NCBI GenBank assembly: GCA_017883315.1
Contig: JADGNW010000426.1
Span: forward strand, 1 to 35,620
Direction: 5' to 3'
DNA from: Blastocatellia bacterium
Lineage (GTDB): Bacteria; Acidobacteriota; Blastocatellia; UBA7656
Length of the DNA: 35,620 nt
Positions within the stretch are counted from its first letter, which is position 1; the number at the start of each line of letters is the position of its first letter. The notes below the pieces were generated by a model. That model was not told the origin of the DNA. It did not search any database and saw nothing but the letters and a program-made list of their open reading frames with translations. Positions 16,731-26,004 of the stretch are shown in pieces. Both the position numbers and the translations under genes were made by a program.

Positions 16731-17828
16731 GTGCACTCGAAACCGAGATCGGAACCGATGGCTGAAACCGAAGAAGCACTATCTAGCAAGTTCGCTAGCA
16801 AGCTGGCCGGCAAGCCGGATACCCCATCGCACGGGCGGCCCTCGCCAAAGCAACACCGAAGACTGCCCGAGATCATTCCTCAACAACTGGAACTACTGCG
16901 CACCTACCGCCGGAACGTTCTCGAGACCCTCGACGTTGAGGCCGTCCACAAGATGCGCGTAGCCACACGCAGACTCCAGGCTTCGCTCGATCTGCTCGAG
17001 CACGAGATTCGCGTACGAAAGCTCAAGAGGCGCCTTCGAAGCTGGCGACGCGCGCTTTCGCTGGTGAGGAACTACGATGTTTTTCTTGAGATGCTCGCAA
17101 AAGAAACAACAACCAGAGGTCGAGCCCGCCGCGAGCAGTTTCAGCTAGTGAAGACAAAGCTTCACGAGCAGCGTGCGCAAGCAGCGGCGACGCTTAGAGG
17201 ATTTCTTGAACAGATTGACATCGACAAAATCAGCTTGCGGCTTGGAGTGAACCCGCCAGTCAACGAAATCAGCGATCCCGATACGAGTCACCTTGAAACT
17301 CCTATCGCTGTAGTCGCCATCACAAACCGCTTAACCGCGATTGATGAACGAAACGTCGCGGGGTACGCTGCCGATCGGCTCGATCAGAGGCTTGCAGAGT
17401 TTCAAGCCCTCGTAGCACAAGTGCATCCTACGGCTGATCCGGCGGATTTGCATCAGCTTCGAATTGCGGCCAAGAGAGTCCGCTATTTGCTGGAGATCGT
17501 GTCGCAGATGGGATACGGAGACGCCTCGCGAGCGCTTGCCTGGTTACGCAGCCTTCAAGACCGCATAGGCGACTGGCACGACCTGGAGGCGCTTGAAGAA
17601 GAGATCATCACCATTGTGTCGGATCATGAATTCTTGAAGCAGCATCTGGGCCAAAGCAGCGACATGCTTCAAGCTGCGGCGCGTCTCCAAAAGAAAAAAG
17701 AGAGATTGGTGTCGCGACTGTTTCCGGTTCGTGTGCCTAAGCATTTGGCGCTTACATCGCAGCGCATCGCAAGAGCGCTGCGCCGCCACGCGACGCGCAA
17801 GCAAGAGGCTGTGGAAATCGCCGCTTGA
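16731..17828 (+). CDS. CHAD-domain protein
   Basis: Repeated CHAD signatures VHKMRVATRRLQASLDLL and LHQLRIAAKRVRYLLE, in an all-helical, Arg/His-rich protein. The start is ambiguous (16731 or ATG 16758). Confidence 0.8.
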   Translation: MHSKPRSEPMAETEEALSSKFASKLAGKPDTPSHGRPSPKQHRRLPEIIPQQLELLRTYRRNVLETLDVEAVHKMRVATRRLQASLDLLEHEIRVRKLKRRLRSWRRALSLVRNYDVFLEMLAKETTTRGRARREQFQLVKTKLHEQRAQAAATLRGFLEQIDIDKISLRLGVNPPVNEISDPDTSHLETPIAVVAITNRLTAIDERNVAGYAADRLDQRLAEFQALVAQVHPTADPADLHQLRIAAKRVRYLLEIVSQMGYGDASRALAWLRSLQDRIGDWHDLEALEEEIITIVSDHEFLKQHLGQSSDMLQAAARLQKKKERLVSRLFPVRVPKHLALTSQRIARALRRHATRKQEAVEIAA

Positions 17829-18068
17829 TCCTCCCAGGGACGCCCGTACAGGTTCATCATCATCATCGTGACTCTTCCACTAGTGTTAATAACTCAGCGC
17901 GCTGCGACGTTTGAACAGCGGAGGCTCATGCACCTTACCCGTGAGGGCTGTGCGTATATGTTTTTTGATGGGAACTCTTTAGCGCGAAAAGCTTAGAACT
18001 TATCGAGGCGATTTTCGTTAAGACAACTTGGGGATTTCCTCAACGTTCAAACGAAACGGAATCATAAG

Positions 18069-19289
18069 ATGAAGTTTTATGAATCGGTCACCCTGGCTCT
18101 GAGCGCAATCCTGGCGCACAAGCTTCGCTGATTTCTCACGCTGCTCGGGATCATTTTCGGCGTCGCGACCGTGATCGTCGGCTTGTCGATGGTCGAGGGC
18201 TTCAATAAGTACTTCAACGACAAGATCGCCGATCTCGGATCTAACGCTTTCGTCGTTAACAAAATGGGAATAGTCACAAGCCTCCAGGAATACATCGAGC
18301 GAAGCAAAAAGAATAAAGACATAAAGCTGGATGACTATCATGCGATCCTGGAGCATAGAACCTATGTTCGCGATGCGGCCGCATTGATGCGCCGGCGCGG
18401 AGACATCAAGCGCGATACCCAAACGCTGCAAGACATCGACATCACTGGCGTTACATCCAACATGATCGACATTGACACGATCAAGGTCGATCAGGGCCGG
18501 TACATCACGCCGACCGAAGAAGAGCATTCGCGCTACGCGTGCTTCATCGGATACGGAGTGGCCAATCAGTTATTCCCAAGCGTCGACCCAGTTGACAAGG
18601 AGATAAAGATCGAAGGCCTTCCGTTCCGTATAGTAGGAGTCGCCCAGGAGATCGGAACTGTCTTTGGAAACCCGCGCGACAACTTCGTGATAATGCCGCT
18701 TTCGACTTATCAGAACCTCTACGGTTCACGCGGTTCGATCGGGATCAGGGTCGCGGCAATCGGACCGGAAGCAATCGAGAACGCGCAGGACGAAGTGAGA
18801 GTGGTGATGCGCGCGAGACGGCATTTGAACTACAACGATCCGGACAACTTCGGCATCGTCACTTCCGATGCGCTCAACAGTTTGCGCGAGCGAATCTTCG
18901 GGACGATCTCAATAGTAGCGATCGGCGTGACCTCGATAGCGTTGGTCGTAGGCGGCATCGTCATCATGAACATCATGCTTGTGTCGGTCACGGAGCGGAC
19001 TCGCGAGATAGGAATTCGTAAGTCGCTTGGAGCCAAACGCCGCGACATAGTTCGTCAGTTCTTGTCAGAGTCGACGGTCCTGTCTTTGATAGGCGGATGC
19101 ATCGGCGTGGCCCTGGCTTATGGGCTCGGCAAGCTGGTGACAATCTTTTTTTCGCTTCCGACTACGCTTCCGATTTTCTGGACGTTCATGGCGCTGACCG
19201 TGTCCGCGAGCATCGGCTTGTTCTTTGGGATCTATCCCGCGTGGAAGGCGGCGAAGCTGAACCCGATCGAAGCGCTTCGAGCGGATTGA
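18069..19289 (+). pseudogene. MacB/FtsX-type ABC transporter permease interrupted by an in-frame TGA at codon 21 (18129-18131)
   Basis: ATG 18069 gives MKFYESVTLALSAILAHKLR*FLTLLGIIFGVATVIVGLSMVEG... This aligns across the stop with the paralog's ...FRMAFATLGAHKFRSFLTVLGVVIGTVTVM. The ORF-track entry (18171..19289) starts inside TM1. The C-terminal FtsX motifs are intact (TERTREIGIRKSLGA). Confidence 0.7.
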
Positions 19290-19384
19290 CTTGGACTGCG
19301 GCGAGCGTTTTTTGCGCACCGCTTTGACTGGATCGCATAGCCCAAGGGAAAGCGGCGCGCAAAAAACGCTCGCCGCAGTCCAAG
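19290..19384. repeat. 95-nt hairpin with a 28-bp perfect stem filling the gap between the two permease genes
   Basis: CTTGGACTGCGGCGAGCGTTTTTTGCGC (19290-19317) is the exact reverse complement of 19357-19384. The stem extends to 34 bp with 1 mismatch. The loop is 27 nt. It starts 1 nt after the stop (19287-19289) and ends 10 nt before ATG 19395. Confidence 0.8.
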
Positions 19385-19394
19385 ATGAGTTGAT

Positions 19395-20636
19395 ATGAGC
19401 AAGCAAGACACAAGTGAAAGTTTCAGGATGGCGTTTGCGACGTTGGGCGCGCACAAGTTCCGTTCTTTCCTGACCGTGCTCGGCGTTGTCATCGGCACCG
19501 TCACCGTGATGGTCATCGCATCCTTCATCTCCGGGCTGGATCAATCATTCAAGCAGCAGATCGAATCCTTCGGCACCAATACGGTTTTCATCTATAAGTT
19601 CGATCCGGGCATTCACACCGGCCGGCTCACTCCTGAAGAGCGCATGCGCAAACCCATCAGCTACGAAGATGCGATGGCTATCAAAGAGCAATGCCCATCG
19701 GTCAAGTACGTGGCTCCGTTCCTCAGCCCCGACGATGTGCAGAAGGTCCGATATCAGGAGCAGGAGTTGTACGTCACTCAGGTCCAGGGAACTACAACCG
19801 ACTACGAGCGCATGTCTTCAGTGCACATCGCAGAGGGTCGTTTCTTCACCGAAGCGGAAAACCAGCATCGCGCGGACGTGTGCGTGATCGGCAATGACAT
19901 CGCCGACAAATTCTTTCCTCATCTGCAGGCTCTCGAGAAAGATATTCTGGTAAACGACAAGCCCTTCACCGTAATCGGAGTCATCGAGAAGCAGGAGAAC
20001 TTCTTCGCGGGCGACAACGACGACGGCAACCAGAACCGCGCGGTCTACGTGCCGTATGAATCGATGAAGAAAATGTTTCCGGCCGAGAAAGACCACTTCG
20101 TGATGGCCCAGGCAGAGGAAGGAAAACTGATTCAATCCGAGGACGAGATTCGCTCGCTGCTGCGCCGCCGGCGTGGCGTGGCTTACGATGCGAAGGACAA
20201 CTTCGGCCTCTCGACTCCCGATGCGATCACCGAGCAGTTTCATCAAATCACCGGCGGCATCGCGATCCTGATGTTTGCGATTTCGAGTGTCGGGCTGCTG
20301 ATCGGCGGAATCGGCGTGGTGAACATTATGCTTGTCTCTGTAACCGAGCGCACTAGAGAAATCGGGGTTCGAAAGGCAATCGGCGCTCGTCGCCGCGACA
20401 TTCTGCGTCAGTTCCTGATTGAAGCGATGGCGCTGACGGGTTCAGGCGGCCTGCTCGGAATCGGAATCGGCTGGGGGTTGAGCTTGTTGGTGAATTTGAT
20501 CCTACCGGTTTACGTTCCGGCTTGGGCTCCTATCGCGGGTATAAGCGTCTCGGTTGGAATCGGATTAGTGTTCGGAATGTGGCCCGCGATGAAAGCTTCA
20601 AGGTTGGACCCAATCGACGCGCTCAGATATGAATAG
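19395..20636 (+). CDS. MacB/FtsX-type ABC transporter permease
   Basis: 413 aa. It has an N-terminal TM (FRSFLTVLGVVIGTVTVMVIA), a large periplasmic domain and a C-terminal FtsX module (VTERTREIGVRKAIGARRRDILRQF plus 3 TMs). Confidence 0.9.
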   Translation: MSKQDTSESFRMAFATLGAHKFRSFLTVLGVVIGTVTVMVIASFISGLDQSFKQQIESFGTNTVFIYKFDPGIHTGRLTPEERMRKPISYEDAMAIKEQCPSVKYVAPFLSPDDVQKVRYQEQELYVTQVQGTTTDYERMSSVHIAEGRFFTEAENQHRADVCVIGNDIADKFFPHLQALEKDILVNDKPFTVIGVIEKQENFFAGDNDDGNQNRAVYVPYESMKKMFPAEKDHFVMAQAEEGKLIQSEDEIRSLLRRRRGVAYDAKDNFGLSTPDAITEQFHQITGGIAILMFAISSVGLLIGGIGVVNIMLVSVTERTREIGVRKAIGARRRDILRQFLIEAMALTGSGGLLGIGIGWGLSLLVNLILPVYVPAWAPIAGISVSVGIGLVFGMWPAMKASRLDPIDALRYE

Positions 20637-20678
20637 TGTCTGCCCTAAAACTAGCCAAAGACGGATCGCGGAAGTTCT

Positions 20679-21968
20679 TTACCTCAGGGCCCACATATAG
20701 CCATCGTCATCTAAGACATAAATAGCATTGTCGGTAATGAGAGGGGACAGCGACAATGTGTTCTGGCATTTGTACTTCCATTTCTCTTGCCCAGTCGAGC
20801 AGTCAATGGCGTATAAATTCCTGTCGGCGGACGCACAATACAAAACTCCATCGGCAATGACTGGCGCGCTACATGGACCGGCGGCCTTGAACTTCCACCG
20901 CTCTTCACCGGTCTTCGCGTCGATTGCATGAATGAACGGGTCCTTCCCGCCGTAATAGACTAACCCCTTATCCAGAGCAAGCGCCGTATATACTTTTCCC
21001 GCCTTGTTCGCTTTCCAAATGAGGCTGCCTGTCTTTTTGTCGACTGCGTACAGGTCTCCCCTAGCATCACTGCAATAGACAGCATCTTGCGAAACGCATA
21101 GGCTTCGAACACTATCGCCCGCCCCGAATCTCCAGCGTTCAGTACCGGTCTTTGTATCGAGCGCAAAAAGGTGCCTGTCGTCATCTCCGAAGTAAATCGT
21201 TCCTGCGTCGACTGCCGGGGATGTCGGGACTCCCTTGACCTTTACCATCCAGATAGGTTGTCCGCTATCAGCATCAAGAGCATGAAAAGTGCAGCTCGGT
21301 CGTGCATTGATCGGCATGCTTCCTTGAACGATGTTCTGCGCCCCTCCTAGAAACAGAACACCGTTTGCGACGAGAGGCGCTGTTAGATCAAACCGATAAT
21401 CTTTTCTTGCGAGCTGCCATTTCGTTTTACCAGTCCTACGATCCAGCGATCGGAGATTACCGTCACTCGTTCCCATGAATACCTGATCACCCGCAACTGC
21501 AAGCGGGGACAATTGAGTATTCCGCAGTATCAGATTCTTCTTGTCTTCGCCAGTCTTGGAGTCGAGCGCAAAAAAATAGCCGTCGCCCACAAACAAGCTG
21601 AAGTAGACTGTGTCATCCTTAAAGACTGGGACGCTGTAACCAAAATAGGTCGGATACCAGCCGAAATATTCTATAGAGTCTCCAGGCTTCCCCATCTGTC
21701 CCGAGTAAGATTCCATACGCGTGAGCTTGAAGAGTTTTCGAGACTTCCACACAACGGTTGTTGGTTGGGCTGCGCTCTTTGTTGAATAGACGCGTGTCAT
21801 TTGCAGCGTAACACCCGCCATCGCTCCTTCCGACGATAGCGGAGCCGAGGGTTTTGCCACTTGGTTGCCTCGCAGGAGGCTCAGGCCATCGTCGCCGGCC
21901 AGTGCGGGCTCAAAACTGCGCGCTCCACTGAATGAGGCCAACAGCAAGGTTAGAATCCCGATACGCAT
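20679..21968 (-). CDS. PQQ-like / BamB-like beta-propeller repeat protein, secreted
   Basis: About 7 repeats of the ..A(L/I)D..TG...W. blade motif (ALDSKTGEDK, SLDRRTGKTKWQ, ALDADSGQPIWM, ALDTKTGTERWR, AVDKKTGSLIWK, AIDAKTGEERWK, AIDCSTGQEKWK). I prefer start ATG 21968 (MRIGILTLLLASFSG, signal-like). Confidence 0.8.
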   Translation of the reverse strand: MRIGILTLLLASFSGARSFEPALAGDDGLSLLRGNQVAKPSAPLSSEGAMAGVTLQMTRVYSTKSAAQPTTVVWKSRKLFKLTRMESYSGQMGKPGDSIEYFGWYPTYFGYSVPVFKDDTVYFSLFVGDGYFFALDSKTGEDKKNLILRNTQLSPLAVAGDQVFMGTSDGNLRSLDRRTGKTKWQLARKDYRFDLTAPLVANGVLFLGGAQNIVQGSMPINARPSCTFHALDADSGQPIWMVKVKGVPTSPAVDAGTIYFGDDDRHLFALDTKTGTERWRFGAGDSVRSLCVSQDAVYCSDARGDLYAVDKKTGSLIWKANKAGKVYTALALDKGLVYYGGKDPFIHAIDAKTGEERWKFKAAGPCSAPVIADGVLYCASADRNLYAIDCSTGQEKWKYKCQNTLSLSPLITDNAIYVLDDDGYMWALR

Positions 21969-22144
21969 TGAAGGCGAACTTATTCGCGGGTGTGCGAGCA
22001 CACGATACCAATATTTAGATGTAAGCCGGTTTGATTGCATTAGAATGTACTTCTACTCTGACCTACTTGCTTGGAAATGCAATTTTAGTCCGATTGGCGG
22101 CTCAAAACAACAATTGACCCGAGGTTGCACTTCGAATAGCCGCT

Positions 22145-24517
22145 TCACTGGTCGCTAAGAGTCGGCAAGGTACGAAAGGACTCTTTCGTGCGCGTAGTCG
22201 CCTGCTTTGAATCTTCCTTCAACTCCATAACAACTTTCCTGATCTTACCCGTGAACTCGAATGGCGACTGATAGCTTTCAGTCACCGGCGTCGAAGGATC
22301 GCGGCCAACGGTCAAGCCTTCGCTGAGTCCGAAAGTGATCGGCACCAACCGAGCAATTCTACCCGCGCCGACTTGCTTGTCGTTGATGAACAACGAAGCA
22401 GTACCACTGCCCGGACCGCTGGCAGTGAACTCGATCCGCAATTTTGCCGATCCTGGCGGCACCGCTTCAGTCGAAGTCACCGTGAAGCGCTCGAGCCCAA
22501 CCCAGTTGTATGCGTAGCTCACCCGGTTCTTCTGAACGAAGAAGCTGAACCCGCCAAAGCGCCCTCCCAACGACATCAGCACACCTTCTGCGCCTCCCGA
22601 TGGAATCTCGACGTCGGCGGTGATCGTGTACGAGCGGCCGCGGAAGTTGAGCATGTTGGCCCTGGGAACTGCCGGCATGCCAGGCAAATACGTAACGATC
22701 GTACGCGGACGGTTAAACGCCGGCTGCTCGAGCGAGCGTATAACTCCTCGATCGTCGAGCGGCAACACGTTGTATCTTCCGGCTTCGCTCCACCAGCGTT
22801 CGAGCATCTCGCGCAGCTTGCCGGGATTCTGCGCTGCAACGTCGTTGCTCTCCGAGAAGTCCTCCGTTACGTTGTAAAGCTCCCACGGGTCCTTATCAAA
22901 ATCCTCGCCGCGCACGTGCATCGTGACGGCCTCCCACCCTTTGTAGTAAATCGCACGATGGCCGAGCATCTCGTAGTACTGCGTCTCACGCCGGCCAGGC
23001 GCCTTCGCATCGCTGAATGTGTAAGCCAGGCTCAGCCCGTCCATTGGTCGCTGATCCACTCCGTTCACGACGCGTGGCTGTTGAATCCCAAGCAGCTCAA
23101 GAACCGTCGGGGTGATGTCGATCATGTGATGATACTGGCTTCGAATGCCGCCTTTGTCTTTGATCGTCTTCGGCCAGTGCACGATCATCGGATCGGTGAT
23201 TCCGCCAGCGTGCGTTTCCTGCTTGTACCGCTTGAACGGCGTGTTGCCGGCCATCGCCCAACCGACCGGATAGTGTGGATAAGTCATGGGGCCGCCGAGC
23301 TCGTCTATCAGCTTCATATCCATCTCGACGTTTTCTGGAATCTGATTGAAGTACAAGCTCTCATTGAACGTGCCGGTCTCGCGGCCCTCCTGACTCGCAC
23401 CGTTGTCGGAGACTACGACGAGCAAAGTGTTTTCCATAAGACTCTGGTCTTCGAGGAAAGCCAATAACCTTCCGATGTTTTCATCACAGTGAGTCAGAAA
23501 CCCGGCGTAGACTTCTTCCATTCGCGCGTACAGTCGCCGCTGGTCGGCAGTCAATTCATCCCACGCCTTCACGTCCGAGTTGCGCGGCGCAAGCTGAGTG
23601 TTCTCCGGCACGATGCCCATTTTCTTCTGGCGCGCAAGCGTTTCTTCGCGCACCTTGTCCCATCCCTTGTCGAACTTGCCCCGGTACATATCGATGTACT
23701 TCTTCGCGACGTGATGCGGAGCGTGGCCCGCGCCATAAGCCAGATTGAGGAAGAAGGGCTTGTCGGGTGTTACCTGCTTTTGTTCAGAAATGAATTGAAT
23801 CGCGCGGTCGGTCAAGTCTTCAGTCAAGTGATAGCCCGGCCGACGCGGAGGATCGACGCGGTGGTTGTCATAGACCAGATCGGGAAACCACTGATTTGTT
23901 TCGCCGCCAAGAAATCCATAGAAGCGCTCGAACCCCATGCCAAGCGGCCAATGATCGAATGGTCCCGAGTCGCTGGTTTCGTCGGCCGGCGCCTGATGCC
24001 ACTTGCCGACATAGAATGTGCTGAAACCTGTTTGCTTCAATATCTCGGCAATCGTCGCCTGGCTTCGCGGCATCCTCCCATCGTAGCCGGGGTAACCAGT
24101 CGCGGCCTCGGTTATCACCCCGAGATGATTGGTGTGATGATTGTCACCGGTGAGCAGGCAAGCGCGCGACGGCGAACAGAGCGACGTCGTGTGAAAGTTT
24201 GTGTAGCGCAATCCGCCGGCCGCGATCCGGTCAATGTTCGGCGTCTGAATCTCCGAACCGTAGCAGCCCAGTTGCGCGTAGCCGACATCATCGAGCACAA
24301 GGTAGATGACATTAGGCGCGCCCTTCGGCGCTTGAGGAGGAAGCTCCCATGCCGGCTTCGAGTCCTTGTATGTGCGCCCGATACTCCCGCGCTGCGGCTC
24401 TTGTTGCTGCCCTGCCGCCCGCGTGAAACCGTCTCGGAGCACGAAGATGCTCGAGACTGCGATGGCGATCGCCGCTAGCTTCAACGTAGCGCGCACAGTC
24501 ATTCTCATTCTGTTCAT
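22145..24517 (-). CDS. Arylsulfatase (formylglycine-dependent type I sulfatase)
   Basis: Sulfatase signature LCSPSRACLLTG (C-x-P-x-R), plus VLDDVGYAQLGCYG and GKWH. I prefer start ATG 24517 (MNRMRMTV..., AGGAG 5 nt upstream, signal-like). There is a long C-terminal extension domain. Confidence 0.9.
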   Translation of the reverse strand: MNRMRMTVRATLKLAAIAIAVSSIFVLRDGFTRAAGQQQEPQRGSIGRTYKDSKPAWELPPQAPKGAPNVIYLVLDDVGYAQLGCYGSEIQTPNIDRIAAGGLRYTNFHTTSLCSPSRACLLTGDNHHTNHLGVITEAATGYPGYDGRMPRSQATIAEILKQTGFSTFYVGKWHQAPADETSDSGPFDHWPLGMGFERFYGFLGGETNQWFPDLVYDNHRVDPPRRPGYHLTEDLTDRAIQFISEQKQVTPDKPFFLNLAYGAGHAPHHVAKKYIDMYRGKFDKGWDKVREETLARQKKMGIVPENTQLAPRNSDVKAWDELTADQRRLYARMEEVYAGFLTHCDENIGRLLAFLEDQSLMENTLLVVVSDNGASQEGRETGTFNESLYFNQIPENVEMDMKLIDELGGPMTYPHYPVGWAMAGNTPFKRYKQETHAGGITDPMIVHWPKTIKDKGGIRSQYHHMIDITPTVLELLGIQQPRVVNGVDQRPMDGLSLAYTFSDAKAPGRRETQYYEMLGHRAIYYKGWEAVTMHVRGEDFDKDPWELYNVTEDFSESNDVAAQNPGKLREMLERWWSEAGRYNVLPLDDRGVIRSLEQPAFNRPRTIVTYLPGMPAVPRANMLNFRGRSYTITADVEIPSGGAEGVLMSLGGRFGGFSFFVQKNRVSYAYNWVGLERFTVTSTEAVPPGSAKLRIEFTASGPGSGTASLFINDKQVGAGRIARLVPITFGLSEGLTVGRDPSTPVTESYQSPFEFTGKIRKVVMELKEDSKQATTRTKESFRTLPTLSDQ

Positions 24518-24579
24518 GTCAGCTCCTGGTTGTGATAGCCGCTCATTCGGTGAGGCCGGGGCCAGATTGTACAACGTCG

Positions 24580-25827
24580 CTACGGATATTTCACACAGCG
24601 AAAGCCGGTATTCGATCCGCCGCTGTCGACCGCGCCTCGACCGCGACTTCCAACCAGATAACGTGAACAGTAGCGATCGCTACAAAGAAACGATCCGCTC
24701 TTCTGCACGCGTTTTGGGACGCCCGGCTCCTGAGGATCGTAGCTATCGGCGGGACCTTGCGGATTGTGCGCGACTCCGCTTGCAGCCAGCGTCGCGAAGT
24801 AATCGGGGCGGTACCAATCCGAGCACCACTGCCAGACGTTTCCGCCGACGTCATACAAGCCGAACCCGTTCACCGGAAAAGCCATCACCGGTGAGGTGCG
24901 AAGGTAGCCGTCTTCGGAGGTATTGTTCGATGGGAATCGGCCTTGCCAGATGTTGGCCGCCCACTGACCGCCCGGCTTCAGCTCGTTGCCCCACGCGTAA
25001 CGCTCGCGGTCCTTTGCGCCGCGCGCCGCAAACTCGAATTCAGCTTCGGTCGGCAAACGCTTGCCCGCCCACTTCGCATAAGCGACCGCGTCCTCCCATG
25101 CGATCTGGACTACCGGATGGTTCTCGCGCCCGATCGTCGTGCTGCCTGGACCCTCCGGATGCTTCCAGCTTGCGCCGGGAACATATCGCCACCACTGAGT
25201 GACATCATCGAGCGGTACGTCGCTAGACGGAGGAGTGAACACCGCGGAACCAGCGACGAGCCTCTTCGGATCGACTTCAGGATAATCTCTTGGATTCGGC
25301 TTGCGTTCGGCAATCGTAACGTAGCGGGTGGCCTCGACGAACTGAGCGAACTGAGCATTTGTCACCGGCGTGCTGTCCATCCAGAAGCCATCAACGTTGA
25401 CCAGATGCACGGGCCTTGTGTCGGGCATGTCGCAGTCATCACATCCCATCCAGAAGGTTCCACCGGGAATCCAGACCATCCCATCAGGAGCAGGTCCCGG
25501 CGTCGGCGTGCTGTTCGTGCTAACCAGCGAGTCTGTACCTGCAGCAGCCTTCGGGCTAGAGTCGTGATGTGCGGCCTGATGAGCCGCATGAGAATCATCA
25601 GTATCGAGCCGCGGCTGTGCAAACCACTTACCCTTTCCAAGAAGAATCGCGCCGACGACAACCAGAAAGACGACGATCGCGCCAACATAGAAAAACCGCC
25701 GGCCTGAACGCCTCGACAGCGAGTTCCTTCTTTCGCTCGCTGATTCTTCTTGTTCCCTCATTTGTTCATTCAGTAGCGACAAGCAGTCGCCTGAGCTTAT
25801 CAACGGAAGGCCGCGATGCCAACTCAT
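24580..25827 (-). CDS. Formylglycine-generating enzyme (FGE/SUMF1) family protein with an N-terminal membrane anchor
   Basis: FGE-sulfatase domain motifs: MVWIPGGTFWMG, HPVVQIAWEDAVAYAKWAGKRLPTEAEFEFAARG, GNVWQWCSDWY, and GSFLCSDRYCSRY...TGFRC. It lies directly upstream of the sulfatase. The start is ambiguous (25827 or 25761). Confidence 0.85.
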   Translation of the reverse strand: MSWHRGLPLISSGDCLSLLNEQMREQEESASERRNSLSRRSGRRFFYVGAIVVFLVVVGAILLGKGKWFAQPRLDTDDSHAAHQAAHHDSSPKAAAGTDSLVSTNSTPTPGPAPDGMVWIPGGTFWMGCDDCDMPDTRPVHLVNVDGFWMDSTPVTNAQFAQFVEATRYVTIAERKPNPRDYPEVDPKRLVAGSAVFTPPSSDVPLDDVTQWWRYVPGASWKHPEGPGSTTIGRENHPVVQIAWEDAVAYAKWAGKRLPTEAEFEFAARGAKDRERYAWGNELKPGGQWAANIWQGRFPSNNTSEDGYLRTSPVMAFPVNGFGLYDVGGNVWQWCSDWYRPDYFATLAASGVAHNPQGPADSYDPQEPGVPKRVQKSGSFLCSDRYCSRYLVGSRGRGAVDSGGSNTGFRCVKYP

Positions 25828-25845
25828 GGCTCGTGCATTGGCCGT

Positions 25846-25945
25846 GTTCTGGTTTCAACTCTGCGTTCTCTGCACCTTGGGCGGTGAGTACTCACCGCGG
25901 CGCAGAGTACGCAGAGGTTGCGCAGAGAATAGTTCAAACCAGAAC
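25846..25945. repeat. Compound hairpin with a perfect 18-nt central palindrome GCGGTGAGTACTCACCGC
   Basis: The outer arms GTTCTGGTTTCAACT... (25846-) and ...AGTTCAAACCAGAAC (-25945) are complementary. GCGCAGAG-type submotifs repeat three times. The central palindrome is at about 25880-25898. Confidence 0.6.
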
Positions 25946-26004
25946 GCCACCAGAGGTTCAGGATTATTGACTGCCAAAACTCGCTATGTTAGTTTCGACT
26001 CAAA

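Noticed and set aside
18129-18131. Selenocysteine or other programmed recoding at the in-frame TGA of the permease gene.
   Set aside because: The position aligns with an ordinary Ser in a transmembrane-proximal segment, not a redox-active site. I see no SECIS-like stem-loop immediately downstream. A point mutation or sequencing error is more parsimonious. It is kept as a finding only as a pseudogene/readthrough question.
18018-18527. A 169-aa minus-strand ORF spanning the start of the first permease gene.
   Set aside because: It is antisense to a region with clear MacB/FtsX N-terminal homology on the plus strand, and it has no motifs of its own.
23273-23281. A DnaA-box-like TGTGGATAA, together with the strand switch at 16465/16731, considered as a possible replication origin.
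   Set aside because: It is a single box inside the sulfatase coding sequence. There is no cluster of boxes, no AT-rich unwinding element, and no dnaA, dnaN or gidA genes nearby. The divergent region at 16466-16730 is GC-rich heptamer repeat, not origin-like.
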